Of a stretch of DNA of 64,000 bases, positions 39,467 through 53,921 are shown one piece after another. The stretch is from Octopus vulgaris. Lineage: Eukaryota. How positions within the stretch are numbered: position 1 is the stretch's first letter; the number at the start of each line of letters is the position of its first letter. The notes beneath the pieces are model-generated. The model saw nothing but the letters and a program-made list of their open reading frames with translations, was not told the DNA's origin and ran no database searches. A program made the translations under genes and the position numbers. The DNA lies in NCBI GenBank assembly GCA_951406725.2, contig OX597828.1, forward strand, positions 22,320,001-22,384,000, given 5' to 3'.

Positions 39467-39877
39467 GATATATATATATTCTCTTTTACTCCGCGGCCAT
39501 GCTGGAGCACCGCCTTTAGTCGAACTAATCGACATCAGGACTTATTCTTTGTAAGCCTAGTATTATTCTATCCTTCCCTTTTGCCGAACCGCTAAGTTAC
39601 GGGGACGTAGACATACTATCACCGGTTGTCAAGCGATGTTAGGGGACAAACACAGACACACAAACATACACACACACGTACATATACATACATATACATA
39701 TATATATATATATACGACGGGCTTCTTTCAGTTTTCCTCGACCACATCCACTCACGAGGCTTTGGTCGACCCGAGGCTATAGTAGAAGACACTTGCCCAA
39801 GGTGCCGCGCAGTGGGACTGAACCTGGAACCGTGTGGTTGGTAAGCAATCTACTTACCACAAAGCCACTCCTGCGCC
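39065..39877 (-). mobile_element. Two SINE family B copies (~39065-39400 older; ~39480-39877 younger)
   Basis: Family B head, CORE-like motif and tail. Confidence 0.88.
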
Positions 39878-39908
<31 letters not shown>

Positions 39909-41209
39909 ATAAATATTGTTTAATGGTACCATTACGAACAACAATGCTGTCGCTAGTATATTACGGATGAATACAATTCACTGCAATATAAAACCATAAC
40001 TTACTTGAGTCATGTAGCTTTAGACAACTGAACATATTGAATAAATAGATGCATGCAAGCACATCTACATTAAGCAAACGCACAAGCGCCTACACAAGCA
40101 TCGATACGTACTTAAACGCAAGTATCTATCTATATTTCCTATCTATCTATCTGTCTATCTATTCACTGACAAAATTGCTGCTGCACGAAATTTTGTCAGT
40201 GACCAGATCGCGGTTTCAAAGCAACGAAAATATTTTCACAAATTAAATTTTAATGTTAAAGTTAATCTAACGGTTTTTCTTTGTTTTTAAATGGCTTATA
40301 AACACCTTCCACGCTGCAATTGGTTTTGTACATATATATAAATAGGAAAGACAGAAGTTGAAAAAGCACTGAGAATAGTTAAAATATGTTTTATTAAAAT
40401 ATTTGAACTTTTAAAAATGGTTTCACAGATTAGACTGATTTTCAAAAATTTCGAATAGAAAAACCTGGCGTATATCACAGCTGTCTTGCTTCTGACTAGT
40501 TTTTGAAGTCGCCCTGTTTTTTATAGAGAGTGCATGGCTCAAATTAGTATATGTTTTGAATAGGATTCGATTGGTTCAGGATAGTCACATGACTGGCCTT
40601 AGAAATTTTTGTAGGCTCCCCGCTACGTCTGTGTGTTAGTATCAAGTGATAATGTTTGGCGTCGTAAGTTAAGACTGACACAGTTAAGTCCAAACAATGC
40701 CCTGAGTGTTTCCTGTCAAGCGTTTGTAGAGAATGAACGCATGATTAAGTTTATAACCTTTTGCAAGTTTCCCGCTACGTTAGTGTCACGTGAGAGTATA
40801 TCTTGCGCCTAAAAAGCGGGCCGAGAGAACATGTTCAGTTATAATCAAGACAGACCAGGTTTAATCTGTCTGGTGGGAGAGTGGACAGGAGTCGTTTGTA
40901 TGTAGTCCAATGGATAAAGTTTAGGTGGTTAGCTGTGTAGGTTTCTCATGTTCAGTGGCAGAATGAATTTTGTACCTGAATCTATATTTGTGTTTGTACT
41001 CTGTCAAGTCTCTGTACTTTTGTATGAAAGTATTTTCTTTGCTTATCCGTGCTTCATAACCCTTCATCACACATATAACTGTCTGAATGTAAATTTATGG
41101 CAAATTCGTGATCAAGAAGACTAAAGCATCATTCTCCTACAATGTGCACGCGCTCAGGTGCCTGTATTCAACGGGGTTGTATGAGACACTCACTCTATAA
41201 ATGTGTATA

Positions 41210-41419
41210 TACGAGGGAGGGGGCTGAAGGCTCCTGGATTTGGGTGAAAGAAAATACAGAAGGATCAGTTAATTATGACTTATTCAATAGATTCATACAC
41301 TTATTTGCAGTGGTCCTTCGGGTTTTCTAAGCCCTGTAAAGAAACTTGAAAAGTTGGGCTTCCAGCCAGGGCCTTTCGCAATATCCATAAAAACTGGAAC
41401 GTTTCAACAACCCCTCATA
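41210..41419. mobile_element. Mariner-type MITE
   Basis: Imperfect TIRs TA-cgaggg..gctgaaggctcc / ggaacgtttcaacaacccctca-TA. Confidence 0.65.
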
Positions 41420-41497
41420 CATACATATATATAAATATATGTATGTGTATGTGTGTGTGTGTATACCAAGAGATACTTATGTAAATAAAGTCAAACG

Positions 41498-41544
<47 letters not shown>

Positions 41545-41784
41545 AGCTACCACTATTAATAACAGTAGATGCATCAAATGCTTACAAGCAACGCCGAAGT
41601 CTAAAAGCTGCTGTCTGCTTTATGTATAAAGAAAGGACACATTTATAAACACTGACCTGCTTTGTAATAAACTGACTTGATGGGCACGTGTGGAATGGGT
41701 TTTGGGAATGTGTCTATTCAATGAATTTCTGACCCGCACCTAAACAAAACACACGCCACCATCCCCAACACAACGTTCTGCATT

Positions 41785-42800
41785 AGAATCTAGAATCAAC
41801 TCCACCATCACCTATACCACCGGCATCACTACCATCACCATCTAATACTACTACATCCAGCACCCCAGCTGCCACCATGAACACTACCACCGATACCGGT
41901 AACAGCACCAACACGAACATAAAGACAACGATCACCTGCTCTACCAACGCAACCAACAACAACAACAATAAAAACACAACACACCTCAACCATAACTAAC
42001 ACAGCCACCACCACCACCATCATTACCATCGTTACAAGGGCAACCACGACTGCATTTACCTCAAACACCATCGCAACTACAACCGCGAACACCACGAAGA
42101 ATGGCACCATCAGTACTACCACCAACAACACCAACACCACAAACAAACAAACACTACTACTAGCATCGCCACAGGCGCCATCACTGGTGCTACAACTACA
42201 TCCAACGCCACCACCACAACCAACACTACCACTTACATCACCTCAACGGCAAATACCATACCACTGACATCACCGCATCCCTTTCCAACACCGCCAAGAC
42301 TTCCACAACCACTTCCAGCACCTTCCCCACAACCACCAACAAAACCACCACCACATCCCACTCCAACAACGCAACCTGCGACCACCATCACAACGACAAA
42401 CACCATTGACACCACCACAACCACCACCACAACCACAACACTATCTCCACCACATACCATTCCAGCACCGTCACAACTGCCACGACCACAACCAAAACCA
42501 CTAAGACCCCCCCCCACGTCTCGCCCACATCAGCGCAACTAGTGCTACAGCCACCACCACCACCACCATCAACTCTACCACCACAACCATCACGACTATC
42601 CGCAGCAAAACCACCACCACCGCCACCATCGTAACCACCGCCGCCACAACCACCACCACCACTACCGCCGCCATCACCGCCGCCGCTACCACCGCTACCA
42701 CCATCACCACCACAAAAACCACCACCACCACCACCATGACAGCCCAAAACAAGCCTCCGCTACCTCCCACACCATGATCAACAACTGTAACATCAACCGC
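41785..42800. repeat. Degenerate (ACC/AAC) low-complexity tract
   Basis: Triplet-periodic C/A-rich sequence with phase shifts. Confidence 0.85.
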
Positions 42801-43097
42801 TGCCTGTAGTCGCCTAAAATATCTGGTATTTAACTATGAATCTCAACATAAAAACATCAAACGCGTTGTGTCCTGCTAAAGAGAGGACGACGTATGTGTT
42901 CGTGATTAAAGCATTTGAGAGATTCTTGTGCCGAAGATAATAAATGAATGTTATAGAATTCTTCTTCAGAGTCTCTATCAAAATATTAAATCCATTATTC
43001 AAAAGCTAAAGATGACATTGATTTTCAACGTTCCCTCTCCCCTTCTCTCCCTTCCTCACGCTACATATATATGTATGTATATATATATATATGTGTG

Positions 43098-43179
<82 letters not shown>

Positions 43180-43376
43180 GACACACATACATATATATAT
43201 ATACTCATACATATGTAATACATAAATGCATTCGCATGTATACAAACATACTAATACACAAACCCACACATATATATGATCATATCTATATATACATACA
43301 TACATACACACACATATATATAAATATATATATACACATATATATATATACACACACATATATAAATATATACATG

Positions 43377-43587
<211 letters not shown>

Positions 43588-43854
43588 ATGATGTCTCCTG
43601 TTAGTACATTACCACAACTACCAAATGTTGAATATGGTGCGTAGTTGTTTCTCTTCTACATCGGTTGAAAGTCACATATTTGAGATTAATGAGATATCCT
43701 TTGGAAAACATTACGCTCGTCTGTCGAAGACCGAACATGGCCGAGCATTTAAACGTGAATGTAGTGAGCTATAAATCGGGAAATATTTCTGGACGTCACT
43801 TGACATTGTTTTGACTGTGGCACTGCAGCAAAATGATGATTTTAGACAACGATA

Positions 43855-44134
43855 GAGAAGAAGAAGAAGAAGAAGAAGAAGAAGAAGAAGAAGAAGAAGA
43901 GGGAAGAAGAAGAGGGAAGAAGAAGAAGAAGAGGAGGGAGAGCAGGAGAAGGAGAAAGTGAAGGAAATGTTGAGAAAAAGGTAGAAGAAGAAGAAGAAGA
44001 AGAAGAAGAGGGAAGAAGAGGAAGATGAAGAAGAAGATGAAGGAGAGGAGGGAGAGCATGAGGAGGAGAAAGTGAAGGAAAAGTTGAGAAAGAGGTAGAA
44101 GAAGAAGAAGAAGAAGAAGAAGAAGAAGAAGAAG

Positions 44135-44166
<32 letters not shown>

Positions 44167-44180
44167 GAAGAAGAAGAAGA
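43855..44180. repeat. (GAA)n array with an internal duplicated unit
   Basis: gaggagggagagca..ggagaaagtgaaggaaa.gttgagaaa.aggtag occurs at ~43931 and ~44045. Confidence 0.95.
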
Positions 44181-44599
44181 AGGCAGAGGGTAAGGATGAA
44201 GCGAGAGAAATAACATGAATGTGCATAAGTTGCTAATTTGCTAGAAATACAAGCAGAACTCTCCTCGGATTACGATTACGATGTTAGACAACGCCAGAGA
44301 GAGAGGAGAAGCGAAAGGAGAGAGTATGAGAGAGAAAGAGAAAGAGAGAGATGGAAAGAAAGAGGGCGGGGGTAAGAGAGGGATGGAGAGAGAGTGGGTG
44401 AGCTTCTACGCAGTTTGCCCCTGTGTTGGAAATAGAAACCAAATTAGTTTCAGATAGCCATGTATCTTTATGGAAACGGAGCGAAACAGTATGTCTCTTT
44501 AGATGCATAATGGTAGAGTGAATATGACACTCAGGATTCCCAGCACCAAGTTTCACGCACTACTTAATCGCCTCCTGGAAATATGCAATCAGATTTCTG

Positions 44600-45580
44600 A
44601 TGCATTGCTGCAATCCACAAAACCCCCTTTGGTATCGACTGCAGATTTTACAATAGGCGAACAAAGCGCTTACTCTTTTGAAATTGCCTGCAGAAGATGC
44701 TACGAAGCGCATTGGATCTTTTCAAAATCTTCTGTGGTTGAATCTTACAGATGTTTGGTATCTGACGACGTGTGAAATGTTTATTGGCGAGGTGCAATCG
44801 CCCAACCTCATAGAAAATGATTTGCAGAGGATTTTAAAATAGTAAACAGAAAACCGTGTTTGCTATCTTGAAATATTCTGCAGGTGATGCTACGAGCTAC
44901 TTTGAATCTTTTTGCCAGCGTTTCCCGTTAGATTTATGCTAAGAAGGAAGAAATTTGGGTGTCAGGTATTGAATAACATCTAGGTTTAAAGAGAGTGATT
45001 ATAGCTAAAATGAACAATAATACATTACTAGGCCGATGGCAGAGCAAATAAAACTGCCATTAGAATAAGATGGAAAGTTGTGAGATGATCATCAGATGAC
45101 GATCACCAATTTGAGGTGAAAAGTTAAACGACTCAAATATTAGACCTAGGAAATGAATGGCCGAAATCTAACGTTCCTGTGGGCTGAACAATGTAAGGCA
45201 TCTCATTAAAAATTTGTAGAACATGGAATCAACCAGAATTTTATTTTTACTATGGTATTGGCGTATGAATATCATGTAATCCATATGCTGCCGACCAGCG
45301 TGACATATCGATGTAAGGCATTCAAATTTGCTGTATATTTTGGCATCATCTAACCCTTATTTGCAGCAGAAGGAAATTTGAATCTACATCCCAGTGTATC
45401 ACAACGGCACTGTACTATGGCAAATGCAAGAAAAACATACACGAATTTTATTGTGTAGTTTTTTTTTACAATATGTAGACACCGATAGGCTGTGAAAGAA
45501 CATCAACAGAGATACAAGAGTTTTAAGAAATGCAAATAGCTCGGAAAGACATATATTCCAAGGACATTTTGCCTTGCCAA
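44600..45580 (+). pseudogene. Possible highly decayed Academ-like transposase
   Basis: Frameshifted pieces PLVSTAD, GAIAQ/LIENDLQRILK, MLRA and PY/FAAEGNLN occur in the order expected for this family; by-eye match only. Confidence 0.35.
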
Positions 45581-46586
45581 AGCAAGATAATGTCAGTTTA
45601 TTATGAACAACCCTGGATGTCTACATCGATGTGCGCTTACAGCAAAGTAAACAGAAATTAGTCTCGAGAAAGAAAGCATACTAAGTCCAATATTGTGATA
45701 AGGACAACAGTGCGTCCTTATATACAAAATTTTGGATAACTCATACCTGCTCTTACATCCACCACATGTTACCCTTCTGAGCAAATTGCAACTAATGTTA
45801 CTGGATTAGCAATGTGGAAGGAGGGACTATTATGGACATCACGTTGATTTCTGAGAAAAATAACTCAGCTGAAATGGAAAATTGAATGCATCTCAAGTTA
45901 ATGTATTCCTGGAAAAGCAGTCATCTTTGAAATATCCCTCAGATCAAAATCACTCTCTAGTTCTTGGATAAGGCTAACAGAACGGCATATTAAATGACAG
46001 AATTGTAATCATAGATTGATGGATTCATATTGCATTGTCCAAGCTAGTTACGTGGAATTTATTTAATAGATGTATGGGTCTCTATTTCTGTATGCTCTAA
46101 TTACAGACTTGAAAAATATTTCCTAGTAATAAGCGTATTGAGTACAATGTCTACGCGAACACTCACAAACCAATTCTCATAAAATAGAGTCCAATAACCA
46201 ACGGGCTGCGCATTCACATACCACATATTCCATTATGACGCTATTTAGAATGTTTTATTAATAACATTGAATGCTATAAATAGTATATTAGATATAACAT
46301 CGATTACTAAAGAAAAAAAAATACCTCAGCTCAAACTGAAAAGAAGGCAGCGGTTCAAACATTGGCAAAAGGAAAATAACAGGTTAAAGAGGCCTAGAAA
46401 TAGCAGTCAAATTCCAAAGCGCACGCAAAACAAAATTACAGTAGTTCTCGAAAAGAGGCGGTGTTTCATTTCACAATACATGAGAAAGGAAATAAAAAGG
46501 TTGAACGTTAAATTACAGAATATAGGTAATCCTAAATATTCTAACTCACAACTGTTCTGTTTTGAAAATGTGATGAAAAACAATAT

Positions 46587-46970
46587 GGATCTTTTCGGTT
46601 TGAACGGCAGTTTTTAACATAATTTCTAGGTAACAAAAAAATTTTCAACTTCGTAAACTGGTAGAATGTGTTTATAAAACATCTTTTTCTCTTGGCTTTA
46701 TTGAGAAAATTCTATAGTTTGTAAGATATTTGTTGTTTTTTTCTTCTTCAATTTCTGCAATTTCAACCAATCAATGACGTTTATTGAGGTAAAAAACAGA
46801 TTGGGTTTATTTACATTTGTAAAGAAAAAAAGATATCCTTCCCCCTAACCCTAACTAACCCTAACCCTAAAACAGATTGAAATGCAATAGACCGATACTA
46901 GGGTCATAATTATGGGTGACAATTTCATATGACACTGCTAGAAAACCTGCCGCTCAAACCGAAAAGATCC
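46587..46970. mobile_element. MITE with ~28-bp TIRs and internal (CCCTAA) units, copy 1
   Basis: ggatcttttcggtttgaacggcag... / ...ctgccgctcaaaccgaaaagatcc; flanking aacaatat duplicated (offset by 1 nt on the right). Confidence 0.92.
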
Positions 46971-47204
46971 TAACAATATTAATGAAATAAATGCTTGTAA
47001 ATGAAGGCTAAATAGTAATTGCAGAGGTAAATAGTATTTGCAACTAGGAATGATGGAGATTTTTACGAACGAGAAACAAAATTTTTACAATCTGCGTTCT
47101 CTCGTACCGACATATGTTCATAACCTTTTACATATTTCAACATTATATTCCATATACGATGCTTCAAGCAAACTATAAAATTATATTATATATATATATA
47201 CTTT

Positions 47205-47960
47205 ATCTTTTAGTTGTTTCAGTTATTTGCCCGACACCATGTTGGGGCCCCGCATCGAAGTGTTCTTATTTAGTGTAACACATCGACCGTAGGACGTTAA
47301 AACTGGTACTTATTATATTGGTCTATTTTTCCGAACTGCTAGGTTACAGAAATCTACAGAGACTAACACCGGTTGTCATGCGGTGCTGGGTGACAAACAC
47401 AGATACATATAGGTGCAGGATTGGCTGTGTACTAAGTAGCTTGCTTACCAACCACATAGTCATGGGTTCAGTCGCGCTGCGTGGTACCTTGAGCATGCGT
47501 CTTCTAGAATAGCCGCGGGCTGACCAAAGCCTTGTGAGTTGAAGAAACTGGAAGAAGACCGTCGAATATGTATATGTGTGTGTGTGTGTGTGTGTGTATA
47601 TGTTTGTGTGTCTGTGTTTGTCCCTCCAGCATCGTTTGGCAACCGATGGTGGTGTGTTTATGTCCCCGTAAGTTAGCTGTTCAGTAAAAGAGAACGGTAG
47701 AATAATAAGTACTAGGCTTACAAAGAGTAAGCTCTGGGGTCTATTTGCTCGAATAAAGGCTGTGCTCCAGCATAGCCAGTCAAATGATTGAAACAAATAA
47801 AATAATAAAAGAATATGTGTATAATACGACAGGCTTCTTTCGTAATCAACTCACAAAGTTTAGACGAGCTGCGACTCTATAGTAGACGACACCTGTTCAA
47901 GGTGCTACGCAGTGGGACTGTGATTGCGAACCAAGCTACTTACCCAACAGCCCTGCCTAC
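47205..47960. mobile_element. Nested SINE B: a plus copy (~47410-47800) inside the microsatellite of a minus copy
   Basis: Minus-copy tail half at 47205-47405 and head half at 47825-47960 surround a complete plus copy. Confidence 0.8.
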
Positions 47961-48112
47961 ACACACTTACGCATATATATATATATATATATATACATGT
48001 GTGTGTGTGTGTGCGCGTGAGTTTGAGGAGAGAGGATATAATTATGTTTGTATGTGTTTGTAGGCGCATGAGTGGCTGCGTGGTAAGTAGCTTGCATACC
48101 TATCTCGCGGTT

Positions 48113-50845
48113 AGACGTTTTGTTTTGGCGGTGAGTTAAACGTTTTGTTGAACGTTGGATAATTTTTTTTTTCCGTGGGAATTATTTATTGTTGAACATT
48201 TTCGAACTCATGAACATTATTGAGCTGTCAAACTTTAGAATTTTTTGGTACTTTTTCTCGGTGACGGGAGAAAGTAATTGTTTGTGTAAAGCCATTTTTG
48301 CAGTTGTGAATTGTTGAAATATTGAACTTGTTAAAGCCGTTGTAAGCTTTATTGTCGCCCCCGCCCCAGTGGGGGTGGGATTGAACTGTTATCCTCATTA
48401 AGAGGAAAAATATATTATAGGTTTCCCGGTTTTTTGGGGTAATCAATTCATTGTCTGAAAAATTTAATTTTAGACATTGTAGGCTTTATTGTGGCACCCC
48501 GCCCCTAGCGCGTGTGAGATTTGAACTGTTATCCTCCTTGTGAGAACAAAAAAACAAAACATATTTCCCGTTTTTTTGGTATACCGTATTTTTATTATTG
48601 TATGAAAAATCTAATTTCGACCGTTGTATGCTTTGCTGTTACGTCTCGCCCCCAGCGGGGGTGGGATTTGAACTATTGTCCTCATTGAGAGGAAAAAAAA
48701 TAAAAAATTATAGGTTTCCCGTTTTCTGGGATTAAATTATGTATAAATTTATTTCCAACGAATATGTCGGTCGAAATAATTTCAGAGAAAAATTAACTGG
48801 AAGAGCCAATTAAGAAATTTTCAGCATTTATCGCGGTGGCTACTGAAAACGTCGAACTACCAAAGGAAAAGCTTTCCGAGCTTTTTGAAAAAATGAAAGA
48901 AGTCGGGGGTGATATAAAAATATCACAAGAAGTGAAAACGAAAAAGGAAGCACCACACCACAAAAAAAAATAAACGACCCCGCCCCATTGTCCCATAAGG
49001 AAAAACGAAAGATAACGAACAGAAAACCCTGGTAAAATATGACACCAGAGACAAATACATTGAGAACATTGTAAAAGATCACCACACCAGCACGCTGTTT
49101 GAACAGCACACGGACTTAAGAGAAAGATGTGCCTGGATAGGAGAAGGCCTTTACAGGCAACTGAAGGACAGGCATCCAAAGACCATCAGGAGTATCCCAG
49201 ACCTTCCAGGATATTTGAAGAAGGAGGAGGAAGAGAGGGCTGCCTAATGTGTTGCGAGGTCAGCCCCAACATCCCCAGTGAAGGGTAAGTTGAACCCTTG
49301 TAATTTTTTCCTTGTTTTGGCTGCACTTAATCTTGGATGTTTGAATATGCGTGGTCTGAGCAAGAAGTGAAAACAAGCTTGTTTCCTTGACGACCTCAGA
49401 TCACACGATAAGCATGTGATGTTAGTTTTAGCTGTCCACAGCTTGTCCAAGTAACTTACACTGACCATATAATGGTTAAGTGTAGACTGGACAAACATAG
49501 TACAGTTAAGAGTGGATCCGGCTACTGGAAGCTAAACGAGTCTATTTCGAATTGGGAGGCATACCGTAGCCGGGTAAAGGAATAACCGGTTAATAACCGA
49601 TGATGGTTCACCCACAAGAGAGCCATTCGTTTTGAGTCTGTTAGGTTTAGCCATCAGCTAAGACTAGATAAGGCCAGAATAGAAGAGCAGCTAGTTAAGG
49701 ACATAGAGGAGGCGTTGAGATTGGGTTGTGCATCTCATATTTTTGCAGCGAGAACGGCCTTGGGCTGTCACCTCAAAGCCAAACATGAGGGGTGCAGAAT
49801 TCGGGCTAAAGTACGCGCATTGGGCCGTGAGGGAATTAATGTTGCCGGATCGGCCCGTACGCTAGAAACCTAGCGTGGCAATAATTCAACAACTAGGTCT
49901 CTCGTTGATGACAATGGGTGTTCAGTCGATGGACAGGACGAGATATGTGAGGTGCTTCACAAGCATTTTGCCTAGTTGTTCGGGGGGGGGGGGGGCTGGG
50001 TGATGGTGTAGCCCTTAGGGACTTCCTCTCTGGTGGCCCGCGTCTCTCGGCACTAGAGGCGGAGTGCTATGAAGGGCCAATCAGAGCAGAGGATATGATC
50101 GAGGTACTGGGCGAATGCCCCGGGGAGAAGTCGTCGGGTCTCAATGGTCTGCCTTCTGAATTTTACAAAAGTATGCCAGACTTGTTCGAGCACCTGCTGT
50201 CCAGCGTCTACTCCAATTGGCAGTAGAATGGGAGATTTCCCAAGTCTGCGAGCCGTGGAGTGGTGACGGTGATCAAGAAGGACCCGAAAAAGTGGGATGG
50301 AATAGGGAGTTTCAGGCCCATAACTCTGCTGAACACAGAGTTAAAGACTTTGGCCGAGGTGCTAGTGAAAAGGTTGGCGCGGGTCGTAGACAGACTTGGA
50401 GGGGAAGCACAAACATTCGTTATCCCGGGCAGGGCGATCCACGACAATCTCCACCTTATACGATACTCCTTAGAGAGGCTGGGAAGCTTTCTGGTGCAGA
50501 GGAGGCACTGGTACATTTAGACCAGTCTAAGGCATTTAATAGGGTCGGCCATCGGTACTTGGCGGCAGTCCTCGAGAAGGTTGGCTTAGACCTGACCATC
50601 CGCGGTTGGATTGCTGCGTTGTACAGCGACAACGAGTCTATCATAAAAGTAAACGGTTTCCTTTCGAAGCCATTCAGTATCGAGCGCTCAGAGTGTCAAG
50701 GGTATACCGTATCTCCGCTTTTTTATGTGTTGGCTCTTGAACAATTTATGCGGAATTTAGAGGTACTAGGGGGCGCACCGCATGATCTATGGTGTGGAAG
50801 AGGAGCTACGGCATATGCGGATGACATCTCCATCATCGTGATAGA
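48113..50845 (+). mobile_element. Tx1/L1-like LINE, decayed and 3'-truncated
   Basis: APE remnants LGCLNMRGL and WKLNES; RT motifs SGLNGLPSEFY, FRPITLLNTELKTLA, GRAIHDN, LDQSKAFNRV, QGYTVSPLFYVLALE and AYADD. Confidence 0.92.
48338..48735 (+). repeat. Three diverged ~140-bp tandem monomers upstream of the LINE coding region
   Basis: The motif ttgta.gcttt..tgt...cgcccc.ag.g.g.gtg.gatt(t)gaact.tt.tcctc.tt..gag.a.aaaa...tttccc.ttttt occurs three times. Confidence 0.85.
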
Positions 50846-51789
50846 GAATGCTTCAGCATGGCAGCTGTCAAATAACAGAAACAAGTAAAAGAGTAAAAGA
50901 GTACATGTGTAGATGTAAAGGTAGCTGGAGATATAGATATAGATGAGAGTTGGTTACTTGAAAATGCACCTGAGTCTTGAAATGAATCTTAATATTTATT
51001 TTTCTTTTCAATTTCTAAAATTTAATAAAATTGAATAAGTTTCAATCAATTGTTCTGTTACAAAATGATAAATATAAAATGGAAACAATTCGAAAAAAGC
51101 AAAATAAAGATAATGCTCGGGAGTTAGTTTCATAATTATAAAGCATGCTGAAAAGTGAAAATCTGGAAGAGGTGCCGAAGCATATTTACTGGATGAATAT
51201 TCATGCGTTCATTAAAACACACTGCAATAAGAAATTATGAAAGTGCAAAGAACCGATAAATTCCATAGCAATAATACGCAATAGAATTTTGAAGGTTTAT
51301 TAAGATTAATAGCAATAATGTATATTTGCAATTATACGTGATGAAGATTTTAACATGCGACAAACAAAATTTTTACAACTTGCGGTGTTTCGTACGTTTA
51401 GATATTTAACTGTTTTGTCTTTAGCATCCTCATATTAATTTACGGCAGATATGCATATTCTCTATATATATATATATATATATGTATATATGTGTATGCA
51501 TATATATATATGTGTGTGTATGCGTGTATGAACTTTTATGTGATTATATATGCATATACACACTTGCATATATACACATACATGCTTATATACATGCATA
51601 TGTGTGTACACATGCACATTGACGCATAGACATACACACACATATATAGTACATATTCGAATCTGGCATTAATTATATATTATGTACATATATACATATA
51701 TGTTTGTATGTATGCATGCATGTGTGTGTATATAAGTATATATATATATATATATACATACACATATTTATATATATTTATATATATAC

Positions 51790-51823
<34 letters not shown>

Positions 51824-51955
51824 ATCAAATGAAGTAAATGAAAAACAGTAAATGAAATGAAGTAAATATGTATCAAATACATATATCGTATCACCTACGC
51901 CACTAGCTGGCATATACAGGTGCTTACATTTATTAAGTACTCACCCTGAATTTAT

Positions 51956-51994
<39 letters not shown>

Positions 51995-53324
51995 ATGTGT
52001 GTGTGTGTGTGTGTGAGTTTGTGTGTACGCGCGCACGAACGCGTGTGTCTATGTGTTTTCGTTGTGGTACAAAACACACACCAATTCCAATGCGTACATC
52101 TAAGCTCGGTCCAAGTTAATTACTGAAATTGCACAGGAATGTTTATTAGTAATGAACATTAGAGTACATCGGAAATAATTTTTAAAACTCAAATTTATTG
52201 CTTTACTTATGATGTAATCAGTCTTATCTTCCTCAAACTTGTTTCGTACATTGTTTATAAACCGTCTCTAAAGTGGGTTTCTTTCACAGCTTACGAAACA
52301 TCTTTGATTAGGTTTTCGACATTAACGTGCGCTTTTCGTTGTGATCTTTCATTTACGTCCCTTTCTTCTCAAATCGGATTTTTTTTTTTAAGAGTTTAAG
52401 GTTCGCAACAAAAGAGAAAAAAATCTCAATTGGTGTTTTGTCTACGACTTCGTTCGCCTGTGTGTAGTTTTATTATCCAGATTTTGCTACGCCAAATTTT
52501 AAGATTCTGCCTTCGTACTGCATCATTTGGACGAGTCTGGATATTCAAGTGAATGTTGTATTTGTGTTTGCTTTATTTAGAGAGTGGAACAAATTTCTAA
52601 AAAGGACACCGGAATCAAAAAGAACTAAGAAAAAATATACATAACAGGGTAACCATTCCTTTTACATTTAGGACTGTCAGACTTTTGCTTTTTAACCGTC
52701 GTTGCTCTGGTCCACGGCACTGCGACGACTGAGTCGTTACTGAACACTTATGTCTCGTGGCTTGTTTTTATACTTTTCTGGAGAAAAATAAAATACTGTT
52801 TTGATGAAAATTCAAACGAACAAACCACACCTCCTTATTAGTCATTTGATGATCACACAATTCATCAATAATATTACGCATGTCAAATTTATGCGATAAC
52901 TAGCTATTTTCAGTTCTACGTTTAGAAATTCATGATGTACGAACCGCAACAGAAGTCTGTTTCATTAGCAATACAACGTTACGAAAGCAGTGAAAATCAC
53001 ACTTTACGACGTCATCATTCTGTTTCTGTGAATATCCATTTTTTTTTATTATCTTCCATGGATATTCTGTCCAATTCGAATCGTAAAATTGCTTTTACAG
53101 AAATGTTTTATTTTGGATAGGAGAGAGTATTTAAAACAAAAATGCACTGCCAAATTTATCAGAGTTCACATTGAGAAAAATATAATCAGACACCAAGAAG
53201 GATATCGTAGTCTAATGGAGATGTCGTAATATGACTAGCATCATGTCACGTGCGTCTCATTGCAGAGCAACAACCGTTGACGGCCTAGGCTTCGCGTTGG
53301 CAAGCGGGCATTTTTGTGGGTATT

Positions 53325-53375
<51 letters not shown>

Positions 53376-53482
53376 GTATACATATATATATATATGCATA
53401 TAAACACACACACACACACACATATATGTATATATATATATATGTATACATATGTATACATATATATATATATATACACATA

Positions 53483-53528
<46 letters not shown>

Positions 53529-53635
53529 ACATATGTATACATATATATATATATATATATATATAAGCACAAACACGCACACACACATATATATATATAT
53601 ACATATACATACATATGCACATACCTATATACACG

Positions 53636-53921
53636 TGTGGAGCCGCAATGGCCCGGTGGTTAGGGCAGCGGATTCGCGGTCGTAGGATCGCGGGTTCGAT
53701 TCCCAGACCGGGCATTGTGAGTGTTTATTGAGCGAAAACACCTAAAAGCTCCACGACGCTCTGGCAGGGGGTGGTGATCCCTGCTGTACTCTTTCACCAC
53801 TCTTTCTTCTGTTGGCCTGCTCGCTTAGCCAGCGGGGTAGCGTCGTTCGAAGGCTATAAGAATGCGAACGCATTGTGACCAGCGATGTGTAACTACATCT
53901 GATGGACTGGTCGGTCACGTG

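Noticed and set aside
40480-41080. Possible solo LTR
   Set aside because: No clear TG...CA ends, TSD or second copy in the window.
41785-42800. Mucin-like Thr/Pro-rich or Gly-rich coding exon
   Set aside because: Frame shifts and stops, no convincing splice sites; consistent with decayed ACC/AAC repeats.
46843-46870. Telomere or chromosome-fusion relic
   Set aside because: Only a few CCCTAA units, inside a MITE present twice.
52580-52650. AG...GT-bounded possible exon
   Set aside because: Stop codons in all three frames.
53640-53712. tRNA gene (also heads near 38440-38512 and 59210-59282)
   Set aside because: A and B boxes are present, but there is no proper acceptor stem and the sequence continues into a repeated SINE body.
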